A model generated the notes under the pieces. That model made no database searches and had not been told where the DNA came from. It was given only the letters and a program-made list of their open reading frames with translations. A stretch of DNA of 30,715 nt from an uncultured Akkermansia sp. (GTDB lineage Bacteria > Verrucomicrobiota > Verrucomicrobiia > Limisphaerales > BJHT01), in the NCBI GenBank assembly GCA_964623105.1, contig CAZUUP010000006.1:1-30715 (forward strand), read 5' to 3'. Positions 1-7,823 of this stretch are shown one piece after another. Both the position numbers and the translations under genes were made by a program. Position 1 is the stretch's first letter. Each line of letters starts with the position of its first letter.

Positions 1-308
1 AACGGGAACTGCTTCCAGGAATTGTTAGCATAATTTCAGGAACGTCAAATGGCTCCAGCTTCGACCCTTCCAATGTACCCCCTATTCAGCAGTTTTTCAC
101 CCCAACACACCCCCTTTCTCGCCCACTCCCCCGCCCACCCGCGGCACCCGTGACCGGCGCAAAACCCGAATCCCCCGGTTGGCGACGTCGAGAGAGTCTT
201 CGGGCATCGGGGTGAACGGTAGCGGAGCGGTTCCATTGGACCCGGACGACCGCCAACGTCGTCTCGTTCCACCACGCCCAAGAAAAGTGTAACGGCACCT
301 TCCCACAA

Positions 309-1160
309 TCAGCACTCATCGGTCGGGCGCACGACGCGCCAGACGGCCCACGCCACCAACCAACGCCACAGGCATCCGGCAGGAGCAGCAGGCTCGTTCA
401 GCGCACGCCCCACCAGCCTGTCAAACACGGAGCCACCCAACTGCCGAAGCGTCGCACCCAGCCCCAGCCAGGTCACCGAAAGTCCATGGCGTGCGGCCAG
501 TTGAAAGGTAATCAATGCAAAAATGTAATCGCGACGCCTGCCAGATCGTTGGTATCGAAACTTGAAGCTCACGCGCCGGCAGACACCGCCGCGTTTGACC
601 TGCTCCACGGCCCACGCGGCGTCTTCCATGGTCGGCACCGCCTCGTCGAAGCGGAGTTCTTCCCAGCGCGAACGGCGGATCATCCCCATGCTGTTGGAAT
701 AAATGGAGCCAAACTTCAGCCCTTTGGCGTGGAGTTCAGACCAGTCGATCGCGTCCGTGTAAAACCGGTCGTCGTCCCATTTGCCGCTGGCGCACACGGT
801 CCGCGGGTCGGTCATGGCGGCCGTGAGTTGTTCGATGGCGTCTGCCGATTCCAGCACGGTGTGCGAACTCAAGACCAGGATCAGTTCCGCCGGGCACCGC
901 GAGATGGCGTGGTTCAAGACCCGAGAGTGATGGTAAGGTTCGGTCCAGTTCAGGATCGTCGCCCCGACGCTGCGCAGAAGGTCCGCCGAGCCATCGGAGC
1001 TTCCGCTGTCCACGGCGACGATGAGATCCGGTTGCACCGTTTGACAACGCAAGGCCGCCAGCACGTCCGGCAGCGTGGCCGCCGAGTTTTTGAAGCGGAT
1101 GATCACGGCCAGACGCGCGCGGTGCCCGGGACGGGCCGGGATTACAGCGGGGTTGCTCAT
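309..1160 (-). CDS. Glycosyltransferase family 2 (283 aa)
   Basis: GT-A motifs VIIRFKNSAATL, VDSGSSDGS and HSRVLN. The ATG at 1160 overlaps the exosortase stop (ATGA). The N-terminal extension of the tracked 571-aa ORF is out-of-frame read-through of the exosortase gene. Confidence 0.9.
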   Translation of the reverse strand: MSNPAVIPARPGHRARLAVIIRFKNSAATLPDVLAALRCQTVQPDLIVAVDSGSSDGSADLLRSVGATILNWTEPYHHSRVLNHAISRCPAELILVLSSHTVLESADAIEQLTAAMTDPRTVCASGKWDDDRFYTDAIDWSELHAKGLKFGSIYSNSMGMIRRSRWEELRFDEAVPTMEDAAWAVEQVKRGGVCRRVSFKFRYQRSGRRRDYIFALITFQLAARHGLSVTWLGLGATLRQLGGSVFDRLVGRALNEPAAPAGCLWRWLVAWAVWRVVRPTDEC

Positions 1161-2602
1161 CGGCTCGTCTCCGTCGCGATGCGCTGCCGGGAGAAATCTC
1201 CCAAAGCCACCTGCGTTCCGAAGTGCTCCGGCGTGCAACCCAGTCGCGCGATCAACCGGTCGCTGCCCATGGAAAATGCCGCGGCGCTCATGCTTTCCAC
1301 CGGCGACGTCACGATCACATGCGCCCCGGCGGGCGACCACGGCGGCAGGGTGGCAGCGAGATACTCGCCGTAGCTCCCGAGCCAGTTCTCGCGGTGTAAA
1401 AAATATTCCCGCAGCCACCGCCGGCCATCGGTGAGCAACTCCGGATGTCCCGCCACGGCCCGCGTTTCGATCCCCCGAAAACGCAGGCACACGTTCAGCG
1501 CGTGATGTCTCCCGCCGCCCTGCGGCCCGTGCCAGATCACGTCGAGATCGGGCGCCTGACCGGGCAGGCGCAGCGCGTAACTGTTTCCACCGAGCGCGCG
1601 GCTCATCGCCACCGCCGGCGGGCTGATCCGCTCGCCGGGCAGAAGCGCAATCGCCGAACCCGCAAACGGCAGGATCAACAGCGCGCCCGCCGCGGCAAGT
1701 CCCCGCGCCGGAATGCCCGGCCCGTCGTGTGCCGGTGCCAGCGCGGCGCCGAACTCGGTAGCGTCGCCGTGCCGGATTCGCCACGCCCGGCAAAGCGACG
1801 CCAGCACGACGAGCGCGGAGCCTGCGGGTTGCATCGCCAACAGCGGGATCGTGCCGGCCAGCAACATCCATCCATCCCAGACGCGAAGGTTGCGCGCCGA
1901 CGCGAAAAACGGCGCGGACAAGAGCCACGGAAGCCAGAGCGATTCCATCGCGCTGAACCCGATTGCCACCCCGGCCCCAGCCCACGCGAGGACGCCGGCC
2001 TGACCGTCTGCCGCCACCTCCCATCGAAGTCTCATCTGCAACATCAGCAGCAGCGTCGCCAGGGCCACCACGCTCCCGCCCGGCCCGCCGACCAGCGGCG
2101 CCAGCAGCGACAGTACTGCGGATAAATAAGCCGCCTCAAACAGACGGAGCGCGCGGGGACGCCCGTCCGCCGGCATGAACCAGCCGAGGACCGGCAGCAG
2201 CCAGACGAACCCGACAAAGTTGTGAAGCTGCGGGCTTTCGACCGCGGGGAACAAAACGTGGCGGCAGGCGATCAACGTGAGAATCCTCGCAACATTCGCC
2301 GCCAGCGAGACCGGCACCGCCAGCGCCAGCCGGAGCCACAGCTGCGCCGACCACGGCTCGTTGCGCCGGCTCCACAGTGTCAGCGCCCACAGTGTCGCCA
2401 AAATGTTCAGGCCCGCACAGTCCGGCGACCACGGCACCTGGAGCGTGCCCACCTGAAGCCCGTCAACATTGTTCGCCGCGGCGAAGCCCGCCGCCTCGAG
2501 CAGCCAGACCACCAGCGGGCGGACAATGCCCGATCCCCAGTCTCCGCGGCCGGCCGCGTGCAGCAGCACAAACACCGCGCCGAGCGCGGGCGCGACGCGC
2601 AT
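1157..2602 (-). CDS. Exosortase/archaeosortase-family transpeptidase with extra TM region and C-terminal EpsI-like soluble domain (481 aa)
   Basis: Catalytic triad motifs PDCAGL (Cys), ANVARI (Asn-x-x-Arg) and QLHNFVG (His), multiple TM helices, and C-terminal RHHALNVCLRFRG resembling the EpsI H-x-x-x-x-C motif. Start placed at 2602 (TGATG coupling to the upstream stop); 2635 is an alternative. Confidence 0.82.
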   Translation of the reverse strand: MRVAPALGAVFVLLHAAGRGDWGSGIVRPLVVWLLEAAGFAAANNVDGLQVGTLQVPWSPDCAGLNILATLWALTLWSRRNEPWSAQLWLRLALAVPVSLAANVARILTLIACRHVLFPAVESPQLHNFVGFVWLLPVLGWFMPADGRPRALRLFEAAYLSAVLSLLAPLVGGPGGSVVALATLLLMLQMRLRWEVAADGQAGVLAWAGAGVAIGFSAMESLWLPWLLSAPFFASARNLRVWDGWMLLAGTIPLLAMQPAGSALVVLASLCRAWRIRHGDATEFGAALAPAHDGPGIPARGLAAAGALLILPFAGSAIALLPGERISPPAVAMSRALGGNSYALRLPGQAPDLDVIWHGPQGGGRHHALNVCLRFRGIETRAVAGHPELLTDGRRWLREYFLHRENWLGSYGEYLAATLPPWSPAGAHVIVTSPVESMSAAAFSMGSDRLIARLGCTPEHFGTQVALGDFSRQRIATETSR

Positions 2603-3660
2603 CAGCGGACTTGCGATCGAATGTGGGATACCCATTGCGCGACGTGGGGTGAGGGGTTGCGGCGTTTGAGTTCCTGCGCCCAGCGGTCCGTGGATGGCAC
2701 ATCGGCCGTCCGCGCCGCGGAGAGGAACAGAATCAGCAGGGTTTCGTCCGTGAGCGCCATGGGCGCGTGTTCCCGAAATTGGCCGAGCAGGCTCGCATAT
2801 TGTTTTTGGGAGAACGCTTTGCGCACCGCCAGTTGCGCGGTCACAGCCTGCGTCGCCGCCGCCTTCGCCGCGCCGTTTCCCGCCAAAAACCCGGCCAGCC
2901 GCGCGGTCAAGCCCGTTGCGGCACGGGTGCCCTGAGCCTGGCGCAACAGATCGGTCATTTCGTTCCGAACCGTCGCCGGCATCCGTCCCGCACGCAGCGC
3001 AGCGGCGATGACCCGCTGCGCTTCATTCGCCACGCCGCTGTTGAACTGCATGGCTTCAAACAACCGCACATCGTGCCGGGTCCACTGGGCGGGATCAGAA
3101 CCGAGGTAAGCCTCGAGCGCGGCGGCGAACTCGCCCTCATGCGCACGGACGCGGGCTTCGAGCAATGGAGGCAGGTGCCGCGCCGCGATCGCTTCGAGCA
3201 ACGCCGGCCGGTAGGGATTGGCTTCCGTGGACGCCAGTTCCTCGTGCAACCGGAACGGCGCATATTGAAACTCCGCCGGAATTTGCGCGGTCGGCAGCGC
3301 CCGGAAGATTTCCAGTGCCGCCGCAGGTTCGCCGCTCTCCACCCGCAACATCGCAAGCAGGTATCTCGCGGGCACATGCTCGGCGACCGAGGCCTCGCAT
3401 TGCAGCGCCTCGAACAATTCCGGCGTCGCCGCCGCCGCCTCGGCGGTGGGTGCGATGTCCGGCCAGTCCATCCGGGCCAGGCGCGAGGCGAGAGGTTCGC
3501 CGGTCTCGCCAGCGAGCACGTTTCGCCCTGCGAAAACTGAAGCGCGCCGCGGCGCAGGCTTCGTCGTCGTCGCGCGCCAGAAGAACGCCCCCGTTCCCAG
3601 CAGCGCCAGGATGGCGGCGAGCAGCGCGATTCGTTGGTGTCGATGCATGGTCATGATCAT
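2602..3660 (-). CDS. Hypothetical membrane-anchored alpha-helical (TPR-like) protein (352 aa)
   Basis: N-terminal hydrophobic helix RIALLAAILALLGTGAFFW, then Ala/Leu-rich helical repeats (AAALEIFRAL, FAAALEAYL). Translationally coupled at both ends. Confidence 0.75.
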   Translation of the reverse strand: MIMTMHRHQRIALLAAILALLGTGAFFWRATTTKPAPRRASVFAGRNVLAGETGEPLASRLARMDWPDIAPTAEAAAATPELFEALQCEASVAEHVPARYLLAMLRVESGEPAAALEIFRALPTAQIPAEFQYAPFRLHEELASTEANPYRPALLEAIAARHLPPLLEARVRAHEGEFAAALEAYLGSDPAQWTRHDVRLFEAMQFNSGVANEAQRVIAAALRAGRMPATVRNEMTDLLRQAQGTRAATGLTARLAGFLAGNGAAKAAATQAVTAQLAVRKAFSQKQYASLLGQFREHAPMALTDETLLILFLSAARTADVPSTDRWAQELKRRNPSPHVAQWVSHIRSQVR

Positions 3661-4490
3661 TGGCGGCCACGGCGGGCCAGGATGACGCCGAGCACGCCCA
3701 GCAGCCAGAGTGGCGGCGTGGGAGCGCCCGGAGTTGTGTCTGCCGAGTTGAACGCGATTCCCTCCGGCGACGCGGCGACGCCGAAGTTGGCGGCCTCAAG
3801 CACCGCCGCGTCCCCGGCCCCGAGGAGGGCGAAGTCCTCGAATCCGCCGGAGAAATCAAAAAAGGTTTCGTTGCCCTGCGTGCGCGTGGCGGCCGTTTCG
3901 AGCAGTTGCACGTTGACCCTGGCCGACAACAGCGTCCCCTGAAACGCCACGTCCCGGATCTGGATCACATCATCGAGCTGCCCCAGGTTGAACCCGGAGG
4001 TGCTGCCCGTCAGCGCGCTGCTGCCACCCTTGCCGAAAAGCGTGTGAAACGTCCGGGCCTCGGTGCTTCCCGACTCGCGGATCAGGGCGCTCGTGCTCGT
4101 GAAGAAATCGCGGAAATTGTAGCTCCCGGCCGTCGTGGTGACCTGCAGTTCGAGCTGCTTGATCGCCACGCCGATCGAATCGGAGGTTTCATTTCCCGAG
4201 GCGTTTTCATTCAGGTCCACTCCCAGCGACAGCGTTCCGTTCGGCCCCACATACTGCTGGAATGCGCCGGGCGAGATGTCCTTCAACACGTCGATGACTC
4301 CCGATCCCTGGTAAATCTTGTCCGTCAGCATCACCGGCACCTGCGCCCGCACCATCGGCGGCAGGACGGAAACCCCGAGCCAGAGGAACAGCAGAACCGC
4401 CCAGCCCCCGGGCGCTTTCCCGGGCGACCCAGCGCGATTCCTGCGGGCACTTCCGCGGCGCGGGATTCTTTGCAATGCGACGTTTTTCAT
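3657..4490 (-). CDS. Secreted protein with a C-terminal PEP-CTERM-like sorting signal variant (APTP); predicted exosortase substrate (277 aa)
   Basis: Signal-peptide-like WAVLLFLWLGVSVLPPMVRA-QV, an S/T/G-rich beta-type mature domain, and C-terminus TTPGAPTP-PLWLLGVLGVILA-RRGRQ (motif, TM helix, basic tail). The exact start is uncertain. Confidence 0.82.
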   Translation of the reverse strand: MKNVALQRIPRRGSARRNRAGSPGKAPGGWAVLLFLWLGVSVLPPMVRAQVPVMLTDKIYQGSGVIDVLKDISPGAFQQYVGPNGTLSLGVDLNENASGNETSDSIGVAIKQLELQVTTTAGSYNFRDFFTSTSALIRESGSTEARTFHTLFGKGGSSALTGSTSGFNLGQLDDVIQIRDVAFQGTLLSARVNVQLLETAATRTQGNETFFDFSGGFEDFALLGAGDAAVLEAANFGVAASPEGIAFNSADTTPGAPTPPLWLLGVLGVILARRGRQ

Positions 4491-4507
4491 CTCGGCGGCG
4501 CAGCGTC

Positions 4508-4522
4508 GCAGGGTTCATGCCA
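4508..4522 (-). promoter_or_regulatory. Sigma54 (-24/-12) promoter of the exosortase operon
   Basis: Minus strand reads TGGCATGAACCCTGC (GG-N10-GC), 18 nt before the 4490 ATG, divergent from a bEBP gene. Confidence 0.7.
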
Positions 4523-4605
4523 CCCCGCGACCGCACCCGACCCCGGGAGTTTTCCGCGTCAATCCGGGCTTGGGGGCCGCTCCCGGTGTGCCGCACGGGT
4601 CAACC

Positions 4606-4648
4606 CTTCATTGCAATCCGCCGATGTTGCAGGGAAACTGCATTGCAA
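4606..4648. promoter_or_regulatory. Candidate enhancer (UAS): three TGCA(A/G) half-sites phased at 16 bp
   Basis: CTTCA-T-TGCAA (4606), TGCAG (4628) and CTGCA-T-TGCAA (4638). Right halves lie at 4612, 4628 and 4644, about 110-150 bp upstream of the predicted sigma54 start site. Confidence 0.5.
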
Positions 4649-4652
4649 TCGC

Positions 4653-6113
4653 ATGATCAACATCCTTCACCCAGCCGGCTTCGAGCACCTTCTCGCCCCC
4701 CGCATCAAACAACTCGGCCTGGCATTTCGCACTTTTGCAGACGGCCACGTCACCGAATTGTCCCCGGCCACCAAGGACGTGGTCTATCTGGTGCCCTTGC
4801 AATCCATGGACGCGGACTCGTGGCCGCGGCTGCGCGTGCAGTTTGCGCGGGCCAACCGGCCGTACCTCGTCTGGCTCGACACCCCCACCACCCACGACGT
4901 GGCACGGAGCATGCGTGACGGGGCTTATGATGTGCTATCGACTCACGATTCCGACACCCGCTGGAGGCAGGCCATGATGGCCGTCGCCGAAAACCAGCGG
5001 CTCTGGCTGCAGCTCTACGGCGGGCGGCCGTTGAGCGCGGAGGATGTCCTCATCGGGCGCTCGGACGCGATCCAGCGCCTGCAACAGACCATCGACCGGC
5101 TCGGGCCGACCGACGTGTGCGTCCTCATCCACGGCGAGTCCGGGGTGGGCAAGGAGCGCGTTGCAGCCGCATTGCACAAGGCGGGCAAGGACGGCCCGTT
5201 CATTGCACTGAATTGCGCGGCGATTCCCAAGGATTTGCTCGAGGCCGAACTCTTCGGCGTCGAGAAGGGCGCGTTCACCGGCGCGCTCAAGTCGCGTCCC
5301 GGCCTGGTCGAGCAGGCCAACGGCGGCACGTTGTTTCTGGATGAAGTCGGTGAAATGGAAATCGGCGTGCAGCCAAAGCTGCTCCGTTTCCTCGAGACGC
5401 GCAAAGCCCGGCGCGTGGGCGGCGACTCGGAATACCGCGTCAAGGTCCGGGTCATCTCCGCCACCAACCGCAACCTCGACCTCGAGATTGCCGAGAACCG
5501 CTTCCGCCCCGACCTCTTTTACCGGCTGGCGGAAATCACGCTCCAGGTCCCGCCGCTGCGCACGCGTCCCGAGGACATCGCCGAACTGGCCATCGTTTTC
5601 CTGCGGCGCTCGAACGAGCGGTTTGGAAAAAATTTCGAGACGCTCGACCCGGAGCTGATCCGTCGTTTCGAGCAGTATTCCTGGCCGGGCAATGTCCGCG
5701 AGTTGAAGAGCGCGATCGACCGCCTGACGCTGCTCTTCGACGGCCCGATTCTGCGCGCGCCCTGGTGGGACATGCCGGAAAGCCGCCTGCCGCGGCCCGT
5801 CCAGGCGGTGGCGACGCCAGCCCCGCCCGCCGTGCCCGCTGCACCGGTCGCGCCGGTCGCGCCGGTTGCACCGCCGCCCCTGTTCGCGCCCGAGCCGCGC
5901 GAGACGCCGGTCGTTCCCGTCGCCGCCGCGGCCCCGGTCCTCCCGGCAGCCGCCGTCGCATTCGGGACGGCCATCCCAAACAGCAAACAGAAGTTTGCCC
6001 TCGCCAAAAAACTGCTCGCGGAGAGCGGCGACAATTTCAGCTGGGTTGCGGGCCAGCTCGGCATCAACAGCTCGACGCTCTGGCGCTGGCGCAAGGCGGG
6101 CAAGCTCGACTGA
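4653..6113 (+). CDS. Sigma54-dependent transcriptional activator (bEBP, NtrC family) with degenerate N-terminal receiver (486 aa)
   Basis: Walker A GESGVGKE, GAFTGA loop, Walker B LFLDE, FRPDLFYRL, WPGNVREL, a Pro/Ala linker and a C-terminal Fis-type HTH (VAGQLGINSSTLWRW). Confidence 0.95.
   Translation: MINILHPAGFEHLLAPRIKQLGLAFRTFADGHVTELSPATKDVVYLVPLQSMDADSWPRLRVQFARANRPYLVWLDTPTTHDVARSMRDGAYDVLSTHDSDTRWRQAMMAVAENQRLWLQLYGGRPLSAEDVLIGRSDAIQRLQQTIDRLGPTDVCVLIHGESGVGKERVAAALHKAGKDGPFIALNCAAIPKDLLEAELFGVEKGAFTGALKSRPGLVEQANGGTLFLDEVGEMEIGVQPKLLRFLETRKARRVGGDSEYRVKVRVISATNRNLDLEIAENRFRPDLFYRLAEITLQVPPLRTRPEDIAELAIVFLRRSNERFGKNFETLDPELIRRFEQYSWPGNVRELKSAIDRLTLLFDGPILRAPWWDMPESRLPRPVQAVATPAPPAVPAAPVAPVAPVAPPPLFAPEPRETPVVPVAAAAPVLPAAAVAFGTAIPNSKQKFALAKKLLAESGDNFSWVAGQLGINSSTLWRWRKAGKLD
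5841..5873 (+). repeat. 9-bp tandem repeat (about 3.7 copies) encoding APV-APV-APV-AP in the bEBP linker
   Basis: gcaccggtc-gcgccggtc-gcgccggtt-gcaccg. Confidence 0.7.
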
Positions 6114-6125
6114 ACGGAGCGCCGC

Positions 6126-7538
6126 GTGAAGGAAATCCTCAAACTGCTCGTGGTGGTGACGGGCTACGGCCTGCTGGCGCCGCTGCTGGGCTGGGCGCTG
6201 GCGAAGCGCCGCGCGGCCGAACGCGCCGCGCTCTGCCTGCTGGTCTTCATGACCTCGTGGTTTCCCGGCAAGCTCACGCTGATGCTCGACTCGGTGGAAC
6301 TTTATCGCGGCCACACCAAGGGCTTCGAGTTCTCGCTGCTGGTCGCGCTCGGCATCGCGCTCACGGTCTGCTCGTTCGTCAACCGCCCGCCGGACTTTCG
6401 CCGGATGCCGCCGGGGCTGTGGTTGTACCTGCTTTACTGCGGCGTGAGCTGCCTGTCGCTCGCCGCCGCACCGAACCCGGTGTTCGGCCTGATGGCCCTG
6501 TGGAAATTCAGCTCGGCCGCGCTGGTCTTCGCCGGCGCGTGCCATGCCTTCCGCGACGAAACCGACCTGCGCTGGGTGCTGCGCACGCTGGCCGGCTCGC
6601 TCATCCTGCAGGCGCTGGTGTGCGTGAAGATGCGCTACCTCGACGGCCGCTGGCAGGTGCATGGCTGGTTCGAACACCAGAATCCGATGACGATGTGGGC
6701 CTATCTTTGCGCACTGCCGCTGCTGGCGGTCGCGCTCGCGCCGGGCACCAGCCGGAACGACACGCTGCTTTTCCTGACGGCCACCGCGGCGACGGCCGTG
6801 GCAATCCTGCTTTCGGTGTCGCGCGCCGGGCTGGCCGCGTTTGTCTGCGGCTCCGCGCTGGTAACGGTGCTCGCCCATCTGCGGGGCGTGACGGTGAGAA
6901 AGTTCGCCATCACCGGACTCGGCGCCACCGCCGCACTGCTCGCCGGATTGCTGGCCCTCGACTCCCTCATGGCGCGCGTCCAGGAAGACCGTCAGCGCGA
7001 GAACGAGCGCGATCTGCGCGCGGTGCTCAACCAGCAATCCGCGGCCATGCTGCGCGACTCGTCCGTGGGGATCGGCTGGAACAACTTCGGCATCGTCAAC
7101 AGCCTGCCTCACGAGCGCTACGTCAGCCTCATGATGGACTGGGACGCGGAGCGCGGCTTCCGCATCATCGACGAGAACTACGAGGCCGCGCCGCTGACCG
7201 AAAGCCTCTACTGGCTGCTGCTGTCCGAGACCGGCTATCCGGGGCTGGTCAGTTACCTTGCCTTCCTGGCCATCACGCTCTGGTGGGCGGCGCGCGGGCT
7301 GGTCCGGCACTGGAACACGACGCTCGGATATTTCATCGGCGGCGTGCTCGTGGCGCTCGCGCTGACCTACATGCATGGAACGGTCGAACGCGTCCTCACT
7401 CAGACCAAGAACCTGTGCGCCTGGCTGATCTTCGCCGGGTTCATGGCCCGCATCGAAATGTCGCGCCGGTCGCGTTCCGCGCGGATCCCAACCACAGCGC
7501 CGGCGTTGCCGTTCGGCGCGCGGCCCGCAATCGCTTGA
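6126..7538 (+). CDS. O-antigen ligase / Wzy polymerase-like membrane protein (Wzy_C family, 470 aa)
   Basis: Many TM helices, GWFEHQN, LSVSRAGL, a large periplasmic loop with GIGWNNF, then YWLLLSETGYPGLV. GTG start. Confidence 0.85.
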   Translation: MKEILKLLVVVTGYGLLAPLLGWALAKRRAAERAALCLLVFMTSWFPGKLTLMLDSVELYRGHTKGFEFSLLVALGIALTVCSFVNRPPDFRRMPPGLWLYLLYCGVSCLSLAAAPNPVFGLMALWKFSSAALVFAGACHAFRDETDLRWVLRTLAGSLILQALVCVKMRYLDGRWQVHGWFEHQNPMTMWAYLCALPLLAVALAPGTSRNDTLLFLTATAATAVAILLSVSRAGLAAFVCGSALVTVLAHLRGVTVRKFAITGLGATAALLAGLLALDSLMARVQEDRQRENERDLRAVLNQQSAAMLRDSSVGIGWNNFGIVNSLPHERYVSLMMDWDAERGFRIIDENYEAAPLTESLYWLLLSETGYPGLVSYLAFLAITLWWAARGLVRHWNTTLGYFIGGVLVALALTYMHGTVERVLTQTKNLCAWLIFAGFMARIEMSRRSRSARIPTTAPALPFGARPAIA

Positions 7539-7726
7539 AACCGCACGCCAAAACCGATTTTGCGGTGTCGCCAGGCGCGCGGCCTTCAGGCCGCAGAAGC
7601 GTGGGCCTTGAAAGAAACCTCCGAGCACGCAGTTGCATTCGCGGCCTTCTGCGGCGTGAAGAACCTGTGCGAAAAATAAAACCCCTCGCCAAAAACCGGT
7701 GCTGCCGTGCCGTGCGGACCTGCCAC

Positions 7727-7823
7727 CGGCGCGGTGAGGACACCGCGCCCTACCACTTTCCCCGTCCGACGGACGCGCGCCGGGACGAGGCGCTTGGTAG
7801 GGCGCGGTGTCCTCACCGCGCCG
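7727..7823. repeat. REP-type (GTAG family) inverted doublet
   Basis: Perfect 29-bp inverted repeat at 7727-7755 and 7795-7823 (TGGTAGGGCGCGGTGTCCTCACCGCGCCG). Each arm has GTAG followed by a 9-bp stem and a TCCT loop. Confidence 0.85.

Noticed and set aside
21-48. Leftward sigma70-like promoter (TTGACG-N16-AACAAT on the minus strand)
   Set aside because: The -10 box lacks the first T and the downstream gene is outside the window, so it cannot be supported.
45-319. Short ORFs at the left edge
   Set aside because: Three overlapping frames have no motifs or coding bias. The region looks intergenic.
3660-4652. N-terminal extensions of tracked ORFs (bEBP from 3660; also 7807, 9343, 12485, 12985, 22078, 22161, 24595 and 28266)
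   Set aside because: They overlap other real genes or promoters. Starts were reassigned to the ATGs where domain homology begins, most supported by stop/start overlaps.
7727-7823. CRISPR mini-array or IS/MITE ends
   Set aside because: The repeats are inverted, not direct. There are no cas or transposase genes and no clear target-site duplication. The GTAG-plus-hairpin form fits REP.
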